DNA of 64,000 nucleotides from Patescibacteria group bacterium (GTDB lineage Bacteria; Patescibacteriota; Minisyncoccia; GCA-002772825): NCBI GenBank assembly GCA_024654625.1, contig JANLHB010000016.1, positions 137 to 64,136 of the forward strand, read 5' to 3'. Shown piece by piece: positions 47,701 to 55,503 of this stretch (position 1 is its first letter; each line of letters starts with the position of its first letter). The notes under the pieces were generated by a model. It saw only the letters and a program-made list of their open reading frames with translations, ran no database searches and was not told where the DNA came from. The position numbers and the translations under genes were made by a program.

Positions 47701-48286
47701 TAAGGTATCTGTTCCTACAAATAGCTTAAGCAATGGTACAAAGACACTTCTACGATTCAAGGTTACTGCTGATTCAGCAGGCGATGTTGGATTGTATAAG
47801 TTCACTGTCCAGGTTTCTACAACAACTGCTGTTGTAACAAACTTAAACGCTTATGGTTATACTGACGCCGCATTCTCAAATCCAGTATCAGGTGTTAATG
47901 CCGGAGGTAAGTTGATGAACAGCGATAAAGCTTCATTTGCTAACAACGCAGACATTAATGTCGTTATGGATAATGCAGGTACAGCTACTAACATTCAAAT
48001 TCCAGCAGGTCAGACACGATACTTTGAGGTTACTGCCACTGTTGCAAGTTCAGCAGCTGGAGCATCAGTATCAACACAACTACAAGGTGACGCCGCATAC
48101 CCTCAGCTTCTTAGCTACATGGGTGACGTTACTCTAGTTGACGATGACGCTGGTTCAAATGATGACTTTATCTGGTCACCAAATGCAACTACAACTTCAG
48201 CCAATGCGCATGCAGACTGGATAAACGGTTACAACGTAATCGGTCTTCCAGGAGCAAACTTGACTGCGGAAGTATTGTCACAATAA
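44738..48286 (+). CDS. Secreted S-layer-like / cell-surface protein with N-terminal peptidoglycan-binding domain
   Basis: Signal peptide ending ASA, coiled coil, PG_binding_1-like segment (GDTGSDAMNLQKVLN...GSLTKSAVIKFQ), Pro/Thr linker, then about 900 aa of Thr/Ser/Gly/Val-rich beta domains. The gene has markedly higher G+C than its flanks. Confidence 0.55.
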   Translation: MSRFKKSRLSKIVSVTLGLTTAVMMFGGVLVTPASAATVEELQAQIATLLAQIQALQSQMSGISGGSVATGTVCGFTFGANLKQGDTGSDAMNLQKVLNSDQATQVASSGVGSTGNESSYFGSLTKSAVIKFQNKYASDVLTPVGLTTGTGYVGPSTRAKLNALFGTCAPTTPPTTGEDTTPPPTSVGTGLTVSSVAQPTASLAVESAARLPFTKVALTASADGDVTVNSILVERTGLAQDAVFAGIVLLDENGNQIGIAKTLNSVHQATVGDPFVVKAGQTRTVTIAGNMLASLDSYAGQVAFLSVVKVNTSANVSGALPITGAGHTININLAIGSATPAVGGLDPNASASKPIGTTGYTFASVKVTSGSAEKIRLNSIRWNQSGSVGSTDLENLKTYVDGTAYDVVASSNGQYYTTNFGSGIVIDKGSSKEVSIKGDIAGGSGRTIIFDIYKNTDINVTGETFGYGITPSGETTATAADTSSQFTTGTPWFDGSKVTVSAGTLNVQKATTVEAQNIAENVTDQPLGGFLVEAKGEEISAASLVFHFTIATTSGSAQSVADVTNITLVDENGSIVAGPADGATVGLSGGTVTFSDTVTFPIGKHLYQLKGKIGTDFANNDTIQASTTPSTDWTTVTGQVTGNSITPSPTSAVVANTMTVKASSLTISVSPDPAAQTVVAGGTFTFANYYFDTTASGEDIKMSTLPLAYGVSGDGSATNLTSCALYDGASQITTGSNVVNPSAAGSSTSFTIDGSGLVIPKGTVKTVSLKCDIAGNATGMYLWGIDSAATFAGTGLTSNQSVTPTATDANGQLITLASSGSFTVALDTGKSPSSKAAAVAGSTGNTVGVLKFHATNEAIDITRVALQITSASTSRNDIVRVTLHDYDSGAQVGEAFFTTANNATSTLTSAFRIPKDSDKYMTVKADLATIGTTGLGTQGHLVTVDYDGTDSTGTRGTGVNSGSTINTGSTADSAVNGLRMFKSLPTVAKVSVPTNSLSNGTKTLLRFKVTADSAGDVGLYKFTVQVSTTTAVVTNLNAYGYTDAAFSNPVSGVNAGGKLMNSDKASFANNADINVVMDNAGTATNIQIPAGQTRYFEVTATVASSAAGASVSTQLQGDAAYPQLLSYMGDVTLVDDDAGSNDDFIWSPNATTTSANAHADWINGYNVIGLPGANLTAEVLSQ

Positions 48287-48326
48287 TCTAACCTCTTGTG
48301 ATCAGCCTTAGGCTGATGGTTAGTCA

Positions 48327-48362
48327 AAAGCCCCCTTTCTCGAAAGAGATCGGGGGCTTTTG
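48327..48362. terminator. Rho-independent terminator after the S-layer-like gene
   Basis: aaaagccccctttctcgaaagagatcgggggctttt. Confidence 0.6.
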
Positions 48363-48375
48363 CTATTTAAATCAA

Positions 48376-48396
48376 ATCCAAGGGGTCCCCTTGGAT
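48376..48396. repeat. REP family 1 copy 1 (ATCCAAGGGGTCCCCTTGGAT)
   Basis: Perfect 21-bp palindrome, extended to tcaaatcca...tggatttga. Confidence 0.8.
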
Positions 48397-48489
48397 TTGA
48401 TTGAATTTGATTTTAGAGTGAGATTTTAATTGACGAGTTTGTATTTTATCAGAATTTTGTTAAAATATAGCTACCTATTATTAAATAGT

Positions 48490-48528
48490 ATCCAATCTAA
48501 CGTCCAAGGTGTCACCTTGGACTTGGAT
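48490..48528. repeat. REP family 1 copy 2 (degenerate: TCCAAGGTGTCACCTTGGA inside ATCCAA...TTGGAT)
   Basis: Diverged palindrome with the same outer arms. Confidence 0.5.
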
Positions 48529-48547
48529 TATTAAAAAATAGAATCAT

Positions 48548-49192
48548 ATGAAAAATAAGTATATATTAATAATTACTATTTTGATAATCGTGGCTGGCGC
48601 TGGTTTTTATGCTTGGCGCGATCTAAATAAATTACCACCACCACTAATCCAAGGGGCCCCCTTGGATTCTGAAAATAGTAGCAATTTAGGTCAAATTAGC
48701 GAGAAAATGCCAGATCTAGACAGAGATTTCTATTTTAAAGACAGTCTTCCTTCTGACGTTAAAGAGATTTATATATCAAAGATAAATACTACAATAGATG
48801 AGATTAAAGAAAATGCTGATTTTATTGATAATTGGCTTGTTTTAGGCGTTTATTTAAAGGCCATAGGGGATTATAGCGCCGCAGAAGATATGTGGCAGTA
48901 TGCAGGCGTATTAAGGCCATTAAACTCTACCTCTTTTGCTAACCTAGGTAACTTATATACTTATGAGCTAAAAGATTATCAAAAGGCTGAAGTAAATTTT
49001 AAGAAAGCACTAGCCAATGACCCTTCAAAGATTTATATTTACACTAATTTCTATGAGCTTTATAAATATGGTATGAAAGATGATGCAAAGGCAAAAGCCA
49101 TCTTAGAGGAGGGTATAGCCTCTAATCCGGACACTTCCGATGACCTAAAGTCCCTTTTCTCCATGCCTATCCAAGGGGTCCCCTTGGATTAA
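48548..49192 (+). CDS. Membrane-anchored TPR-like repeat protein containing two in-frame REP copies
   Basis: N-terminal TM, helical repeat region (AEDMWQYAGVL, KAEVNFKKALANDP). REP copies are read as LIQGAPLD near the N-terminus and PIQGVPLD as the last codons. Confidence 0.4.
   Translation: MKNKYILIITILIIVAGAGFYAWRDLNKLPPPLIQGAPLDSENSSNLGQISEKMPDLDRDFYFKDSLPSDVKEIYISKINTTIDEIKENADFIDNWLVLGVYLKAIGDYSAAEDMWQYAGVLRPLNSTSFANLGNLYTYELKDYQKAEVNFKKALANDPSKIYIYTNFYELYKYGMKDDAKAKAILEEGIASNPDTSDDLKSLFSMPIQGVPLD
48647..48667. repeat. REP family 1 copy 3 (ATCCAAGGGGCCCCCTTGGAT)
   Basis: 21-bp palindrome lying inside ORF 48548-49192. Confidence 0.75.
49169..49189. repeat. REP family 1 copy 4
   Basis: ATCCAAGGGGTCCCCTTGGAT immediately before the stop codon of ORF 48548-49192 and 33 nt before the RAYT start. 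Confidence 0.8.
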
Positions 49193-49221
49193 TTTAGAAT
49201 GAGAGTTATAATTGTTAACAC

Positions 49222-49887
49222 ATGGAACGTAAAATCCAATTTTCTATAGGTGAATTTTATCATATTTATAATAGAGGAAATGATAAAAGAGGTATATTTT
49301 TAAATGGTTCTGACTTTGAAAGATTTATGAAGCTTTTGTTTGTCTGCAATAATAATAAATCTGTTGTATTTAAGATTATCCAAGGGGTCCCCTTGGATAG
49401 GATTGATAGAGGGGAAACATTAGTGGATATTGGGGTTTATTGCTTGATGCCGAATCATTTCCATATACTAGTTAGAGAAAAGACCGAAGGAGGGATAACT
49501 AAGTTTTTGGGTAAGTTATCCACAGGGTATTCTATGTATTTTAATAAAAAGAATGAGAGGACAGGGAAGCTTTTTGAGGGAGTTTTTAAGGCCACCCATG
49601 TGGATAATGATGAATATTTGAAGTATTTATTCGCTTATATCCACTTAAATCCTGTTAAATTGATCGATCCGGAGTGGAAAGAAAAGGGCATTTCTGACAT
49701 AGAGAAGACAAAAGAGTATTTAAATAGCTATAAATATTCAAGTTATCTTGATTATATTGGGCAAAACAGGGAAGAAGCAGTGATCCTGAACAAAAGTGAG
49801 TTTCCGGAGTATTTTGTTGATTTTAAGGAATTCGATGATTTTATAAGTGAATGGTTAAAGTATCAAACTAAAAAGGTGACACTTTAA
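49222..49887 (+). mobile_element. REP-associated tyrosine transposase (RAYT; IS200/IS605 TnpA-like HUH Y1 transposase)
   Basis: YHIYNRGN, HUH motif MPNHFHILV, TGKLFEGVFKATHVDNDEYL and YIHLNPVK. Flanked by inverted-orientation REP copies (centre T at 49169, centre A at 49892) with a further copy inside. Confidence 0.8.
49378..49398. repeat. REP family 1 copy 5 (inside the RAYT ORF, read as IIQGVPLD)
   Basis: ATCCAAGGGGTCCCCTTGGAT. Confidence 0.8.
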
Positions 49888-49891
49888 GACT

Positions 49892-49912
49892 ATCCAAGGG
49901 GACCCCTTGGAT
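49892..49912. repeat. REP family 1 copy 6 (opposite orientation, centre A)
   Basis: ATCCAAGGGGACCCCTTGGAT, 5 nt after the RAYT stop and followed by a ggatttggataggatt partial echo. Confidence 0.8.
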
Positions 49913-49978
49913 AGGATTTGGATAGGATTGATATAAAAGATTTGAAGGTTTGGTTAATTTGGGGTAGGATGAATGTAT

Positions 49979-50146
49979 ATGAATACTTTATTTAGTTTTT
50001 TAAAGTCTAGGAAGTTTATAATTACAATTATAATTATTTTCTTTCTATTTTTTGTTGTAGGGTATGTGGCTGGAACCATGGTCTCTTATGATGAGAAATG
50101 GCCGGGGGCTGGCCCGACGTTTTTAGATGCGCTAAAGCCTTTTTAA
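49979..50146 (+). CDS. Small hydrophobic membrane protein (55 aa, below ORF-track cutoff)
   Basis: Translation MNTLFSFLKSRKFIITIIIIFFLFFVVGYVAGTMVSYDEKWPGAGPTFLDALKPF. One TM helix. Confidence 0.3.
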   Translation: MNTLFSFLKSRKFIITIIIIFFLFFVVGYVAGTMVSYDEKWPGAGPTFLDALKPF

Positions 50147-50163
50147 TAATCGAATTTAAAATT

Positions 50164-50691
50164 ATGGAAAATCAAACATTATTTAAGAAAATTTTAAAAA
50201 TAATCATAATAGTTGCCATTCTTTTAGCAACTGCTGTTGTTGGTTATCTTGCCGGTGGCATTGTAAAATATGGTCTTGATATTCGTAAGGCTGATAAAAT
50301 TACAGAAAATTTTCAAAATGCCTTAGAACAGCCGTATAAAGATGATATTTATGGTGGTAAAACACCAGAGGAAACCTGGGCTATGTATATGGGCGCTTTA
50401 AAAGAGGGCGATATCGAGCTGGCGAGTAGGTATCACAGAGTGGGGGATCAGGAGAAAGAAAGACAATTTTTACAAGAAGCCAAGAAAGATGATACCTTAA
50501 AAGTGTATCTTGGAGAACTCTCTGCGCCACTCCAAAAAGATACCTCTTTGCCAGATTTTATTTTAGCGGATAAAACTCGCGCTCATTATTTTTATATGGT
50601 TAAAGAACCAGGAACAGATGATATGATAAAAAATAGAATTGAATTCTATCTCAACCCTTATACTAAAATATGGAAAATAATAAATCTATAA
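50164..50691 (+). CDS. Membrane-anchored hypothetical protein (start moved to internal ATG 50164)
   Basis: MENQTLFKKILKIIIIVAILLATAVVGYLAGG signal-anchor then a soluble domain. The 50098 start overlaps the preceding small ORF. Confidence 0.35.
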   Translation: MENQTLFKKILKIIIIVAILLATAVVGYLAGGIVKYGLDIRKADKITENFQNALEQPYKDDIYGGKTPEETWAMYMGALKEGDIELASRYHRVGDQEKERQFLQEAKKDDTLKVYLGELSAPLQKDTSLPDFILADKTRAHYFYMVKEPGTDDMIKNRIEFYLNPYTKIWKIINL

Positions 50692-53600
50692 CAAAAATAA
50701 TCAGATCATATCTTTTAGGGTTATTTATTTTATTTGTTGTTTTTTTCATTTATTTATATTTTGTAGATCATTTTGAATTTAGATATTTTATATTGCAGTT
50801 TTTCAGTGGGAAATTTGACAGCTGGATGATACGCTCATATATTGTGGGATTGATTATGCCGGGGTTATTGGATATATTTTTTATCAAACATATTATTCAT
50901 ATTAAATTAATTTCAACTTTAATTATTTCTGTTGCCTTATTAATTATTTTTATAAGTTTAGGCTTATTGTCAGGTTTTAATGGAGGAGAGATGATATATT
51001 TTAGTGCGCCTGTTTTGTTTTGTTTTGCCCTACTCGTGTATTTTAAACACATTAAAATAATCAAGATAATTTTAACCCCGATTATTTCTATTGTCTCTTT
51101 ACTTCTTATAATTACCCTAGGTTTGTCTGCAAGTGAGACAGATATGATCGGCTTAGCGGCCGCAGTTTTATTTAATTTAATGTTACCTGTACATTTGATT
51201 TTTATTATTATATATTATTTTTTATATTATAAAGTTGATTACAGAAAAATATATAATTTAATATTTTTTAAAAAATCAATTCTAATTTTCCTCTTAATTT
51301 TTAATATTGTTGTAATCTCTTCAGTTTTTGCCTATTCGCCATACTACACTCACCCGGACTTAACAGAGGAGATTGCCAAATTTTGGAATCTAAAAAATGA
51401 TAACCAGAGTCTAGGGATATCTCAAAAAGAGATAGACTGGATGAGAAAAGGTGCTATTGATGAAGATACGCCCGCTAGATGGATAAATCACTTCTATGAT
51501 CCTGTTCATGAAAGTGGCTGGTCGGGGAAGCATTTCGGGGATCTTTCTGAAGAAGAAGGATTATGGGAAGGTGAATCAATGGCGCCGATGCCGGCTATTG
51601 CCTCTATAGATTGGGTAACTAACCAGGAATATCAATCGGCTTATGGCAGGCAATATGGCAATCAGACATGGCAGAAAGCGATTAATGCTTATGTAAAAGG
51701 GGATGAAAAAACTGCTTTTATCGCCTTGGGTCATATTCTTCACTTGGTGGAAGATGTGTCTGTCCCTGCCCATACAAGAGGTGATACGCATGCGGATATT
51801 CACGGAGATACTAAAGACCCTTATGAAATATATGCTCAAAATTATACTAATTTTAATAGCTTGGATATTGCGGAAAATTTAAAGAATGATAATTTAATAA
51901 ATTTTTCTTCTATACAAGACGCATTTGATTATTTGGCGAATTATTCTAATAATAATTTTTTTTCAAAAGATACTATCAGTAATGAAGAGTATAATGAGCC
52001 GGATTTGAAAAATTTAATTAAAAAGACAGGCTATTTATATAATGATGAAGATACTCCTCTCACGAGTTATGAAATTAAAAAAGGTAAAATTGTATATTCC
52101 CTCAACGACTCATCCCTTATTCTCCCATCATATTTCACTCATCTCGCCCCTAAAGCAGTTCTCACCGGTGCCAGCGTCCTAGACCTATTCTTCAGGGAAG
52201 TTGAAATGTATAAAGAAAATCCGGAGTTATTGCCTGAAATAATTCCTGACTCAAATGAGGCAATATCAAGTTATATCCAGAAATCCCCTCGTTTGCTTGC
52301 TGTAAATAGTATAGGTGCTTACGATAAGGCGGTTGTTGATACAAATATTTACTTGACAAAGTCGAAAGATATTATTAATAACGCTGTTTCAGGTATCAAA
52401 AACCTCTTCTCCGGCACATCGGTGGCGCAGACTTCATCTGTGTTGAGTGCCGTGGAGAATCCAGTCGATCTTCAGATGAGGAACTCGAGTGTTCTGGAAG
52501 CTGTATTAGCACCGGCGTCGGATGTTATTAACGAAGCTGTTAACACAGCTTCGGCTTCTGTAGTATCAGCGCCGATTTTCTCATCCGCTGGCAACTTAAC
52601 TTCCTTGCAAAGTCAGTTAGACAGCGCGCAAGCCATGATCAACACCCTGCAAACTCAAGCGAATAGCTTAAGTAGTAGCCCAATTGGCGCTGTCATAGCA
52701 GTATCTGCTACTCAAAATATTGCGAATAATCAAACCCCGGCAACTCAACCGACACCAATCCCCGCGCCCGGCTTCGGCGGGGGAGCACCGCCTCCAGTGG
52801 TAAAAACCATCACAACAGAAGAATCTACGAAAAATACTCAAAGTCAAACTGCGGGATATGCCAACAATAGTCAGCTAGATATATTTTTCACTGAAGATGT
52901 TGAACAAAATAATAATTCTGAAGCAGATACTGTTCCACCCGACGCACCCATCATCGCTTCGCCTTCAGATTTTTCTAAAACTTTCACAACAAGCACGATA
53001 GTCTTTCAAGGCACAGCCGAATCTTCCTCTATAATCTCGACGGATTTTGACAATGCCACTACCACAGTAGACTCAAATGGCACTTGGCAACTACCGTTAG
53101 CTTTCCCACAAGGTGCAAGTATCATCAATTTCTTCGCGACAGACACGGCAGGCAATACTTCAAGCTCGACCGAGACGTCACTCTTAGTTGACTCGGTCTC
53201 TCCTGACATCTCACTTACTGTATTAGAGTGCGAAAATTCGCTCGTCTCCACCGGTTGTCTCACTAAAAGCACAGAGTCCCATATCTCCTGGTCTTCAAGC
53301 GCTAGCGACTTGGATTACTTTACGATTAACAGTAATGGCACTTTTGCCACCACGACAGCCACTTCTACTCTTGTTTCTATGCCTGAAAACTCTCTGTTCT
53401 CGTTTAGCGTCTCGGCGCGAGATAAGGCCGGCAATAGATCCGCCACAAGCACTAGGACCATCTCAACCTTCAACTCTCCTGTGGTGATAAACGAAGTGGT
53501 TTGGGCCGGCACGGCAGACAGTCCTTCTGATGAATGGGTAGAACTTTATAACAACACAGAGTACGACATTTCGCTTGATAACTGGATACTTGAGGCAGAA

Positions 53601-55460
53601 GATGGCGCGCCATATATTCCACTCTCTGGAATTATAAAAGCAAAAGATTATTATCTGATTGAGCGAAGCGATGATGACACGATAAGTGACATAAAGGCGG
53701 ATTTACCTGCGCCATTTAGTGGAGTTGGAAACAGCTCCGGGCTCTCCAATGGCGGTGAGGTCTTAATGCTTTCTTACAAGAAAGAAGGGAGTGCAACTAC
53801 TACTGTTGATAAAACAGTATTAGAAAATAATAGAAGGGTATGGATCGGTGGATCAACTTCTAATTATCGAACAATGGAGAGAATAGATTCTCTTGTATCC
53901 GGAGAAGATGGCTCAAACTGGGGAACAAATAATCTTATAATAATAGACGGCAAAGATGCTGGCGACTTTCCCATAAAGGGAACACCGAAATCAAGAAATA
54001 GTATTTCTCATCTTATAGCCAGAGGGCAACTGTATATCACAGAAGACATAGTATTAACCAAAGAAAAAAGTCCATATCTTGTAGACAATCAATGGCAGAC
54101 CTTTAGAGATGGCGCGAGTCTTACAATCGAGCCGGGGACTGTAATCAAGTTTCATGGTTCCGCTGGTTTTAAATTCCAAAATGCAAGTATTATCGCCGAT
54201 GGCACACCGGACGACCCGATAGTCTTTACCAGTTTTTATGATGATGAGTATGGTGGCGATATCAACAATGATGCCACATCAACTTCTCCTACATCAGGTA
54301 GTTGGTATGGTGTAATGATTGAAGGCGATGATTCCGGTGAATCTGTCTTTGATAACGTAGTCTTTCGTTATGCCGGCGCTCCTTTCTACAAGCAATATTC
54401 TCCGCGCGCTAATTTAAAGATTGACAGCGCCTTTGCCCATGTTACCAATTCTATTTTTGAAGAATCATATCTCTCGGGATTATGGCTTTCAAATTCAGAT
54501 TCTGTAATTTCAGATAATATTTTCAGGAATAATAATAAAGGTCACGATTCGTCTGCGATAAATTCAGGCGTTGTGATTGGTGAAGGCAATCCTGTTTTTA
54601 AAAATAATACAGTTAAACACAATGATAGAGGTCTTTATGTAACAGGAAACGGCATTGTTATTGATTCAAATATTTTTGATTCAAATGCAAATGAGGCTGT
54701 TTATGTGTCAGGCATTGTTCCTAAGTTTACAAATAATAGCGCTTCAGGCAACAGTGTAAACGGTATTATAATTTCTACTCATATTGCTGATCGTGGATCC
54801 ACTACAACTTTAAAAGGCGATAATATTCCTTATGTGGCGAATATTAGTGATATAGATTTATTTGAAGATTCTACTCTGGTCATTGAAAGCGGCGCGGTCA
54901 TTAAATCAAAAGATATTGCCTTTAGAATAAATGGTAAGCTTATAATTGAAGGGAATGAGTCAGATGATATCATCTTTACAAGTCTTTATGATGATACGAT
55001 TTTTCCCGGCACCATTGTCGGCGGCACCACTACTCCGAAATTATCTCCTCAATGGAAGGGTATCCATATTTTAAAGGGCGGATTAATGAACGCTAAAGGA
55101 TTTACTGTTCGTTATGCGGGTGATAATTTTTATGGAAATAGTGAGTCAGGAGTCTCTATTGAAGAGGGTAGCGCTCATATATCAGAAGCACTATTTACTA
55201 ATAATTATCCATTCGGGTTGCTGTCTAAACAGTCGGAAAATTTAGTAATAGAGAATTCTGTATTTAGAGATAATAATTATAGCGGTAAGTGGGGCACGCA
55301 AGGGGCGCTTGCAATCTATAATTCTTCCACCACCTTAAATAGTCTTTTATTTGAGAATAACGCGATTGGTATTCTTGTTGACACAGCTTCAAATCTCACT
55401 GCCAGCTTAATAGAATTTATAAGCAATACCGCCAACACCAGTCCGGAAAGCTTATTTTAA
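50670..55460 (+). CDS. Giant membrane-anchored surface protein: multi-TM N-terminus, zinc phospholipase-C-like domain, Ser/Thr-rich Ig-like region, lamin-tail domain, parallel beta-helix repeats
   Basis: About 7 TM helices in the first 220 aa. INHFYDP and LGHILHLVEDVSVPAHT match Zn-PLC/S1-P1 nuclease His/Asp ligand motifs. LTD (VVINEVVWAGTADSPSDEWVELYNNTEYDISLDNWIL). Repeated N/S/G-rich PbH1-like units (SDNIFRNNNKGHD, NNTVKHNDRGLYV). Confidence 0.6.
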   Translation: MENNKSITKIIRSYLLGLFILFVVFFIYLYFVDHFEFRYFILQFFSGKFDSWMIRSYIVGLIMPGLLDIFFIKHIIHIKLISTLIISVALLIIFISLGLLSGFNGGEMIYFSAPVLFCFALLVYFKHIKIIKIILTPIISIVSLLLIITLGLSASETDMIGLAAAVLFNLMLPVHLIFIIIYYFLYYKVDYRKIYNLIFFKKSILIFLLIFNIVVISSVFAYSPYYTHPDLTEEIAKFWNLKNDNQSLGISQKEIDWMRKGAIDEDTPARWINHFYDPVHESGWSGKHFGDLSEEEGLWEGESMAPMPAIASIDWVTNQEYQSAYGRQYGNQTWQKAINAYVKGDEKTAFIALGHILHLVEDVSVPAHTRGDTHADIHGDTKDPYEIYAQNYTNFNSLDIAENLKNDNLINFSSIQDAFDYLANYSNNNFFSKDTISNEEYNEPDLKNLIKKTGYLYNDEDTPLTSYEIKKGKIVYSLNDSSLILPSYFTHLAPKAVLTGASVLDLFFREVEMYKENPELLPEIIPDSNEAISSYIQKSPRLLAVNSIGAYDKAVVDTNIYLTKSKDIINNAVSGIKNLFSGTSVAQTSSVLSAVENPVDLQMRNSSVLEAVLAPASDVINEAVNTASASVVSAPIFSSAGNLTSLQSQLDSAQAMINTLQTQANSLSSSPIGAVIAVSATQNIANNQTPATQPTPIPAPGFGGGAPPPVVKTITTEESTKNTQSQTAGYANNSQLDIFFTEDVEQNNNSEADTVPPDAPIIASPSDFSKTFTTSTIVFQGTAESSSIISTDFDNATTTVDSNGTWQLPLAFPQGASIINFFATDTAGNTSSSTETSLLVDSVSPDISLTVLECENSLVSTGCLTKSTESHISWSSSASDLDYFTINSNGTFATTTATSTLVSMPENSLFSFSVSARDKAGNRSATSTRTISTFNSPVVINEVVWAGTADSPSDEWVELYNNTEYDISLDNWILEAEDGAPYIPLSGIIKAKDYYLIERSDDDTISDIKADLPAPFSGVGNSSGLSNGGEVLMLSYKKEGSATTTVDKTVLENNRRVWIGGSTSNYRTMERIDSLVSGEDGSNWGTNNLIIIDGKDAGDFPIKGTPKSRNSISHLIARGQLYITEDIVLTKEKSPYLVDNQWQTFRDGASLTIEPGTVIKFHGSAGFKFQNASIIADGTPDDPIVFTSFYDDEYGGDINNDATSTSPTSGSWYGVMIEGDDSGESVFDNVVFRYAGAPFYKQYSPRANLKIDSAFAHVTNSIFEESYLSGLWLSNSDSVISDNIFRNNNKGHDSSAINSGVVIGEGNPVFKNNTVKHNDRGLYVTGNGIVIDSNIFDSNANEAVYVSGIVPKFTNNSASGNSVNGIIISTHIADRGSTTTLKGDNIPYVANISDIDLFEDSTLVIESGAVIKSKDIAFRINGKLIIEGNESDDIIFTSLYDDTIFPGTIVGGTTTPKLSPQWKGIHILKGGLMNAKGFTVRYAGDNFYGNSESGVSIEEGSAHISEALFTNNYPFGLLSKQSENLVIENSVFRDNNYSGKWGTQGALAIYNSSTTLNSLLFENNAIGILVDTASNLTASLIEFISNTANTSPESLF

Positions 55461-55503
55461 GCCCCATATCAAGGACCGTCCTTGATATGGGTAGTCGTCA
55501 GAT

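Noticed and set aside
44738-48286. Diversity-generating retroelement target (large variable surface protein)
   Set aside because: No reverse transcriptase ORF and no template/variable repeat pair with adenine-specific mismatches could be identified in the window.
48376-49912. Possible CRISPR array (repeated 21-bp unit over 1.5 kb)
   Set aside because: The units are perfect palindromes with highly irregular spacing (about 120 to 525 bp). They lie inside ORFs and sit next to a RAYT transposase. This fits a REP element family, not a CRISPR repeat-spacer array. No cas genes are present.
50098-50163. ORF-track start of the 197-aa protein at 50098
   Set aside because: This start overlaps the small hydrophobic ORF 49979-50146 in another frame. 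The internal ATG 50164 begins a clean signal-anchor sequence.
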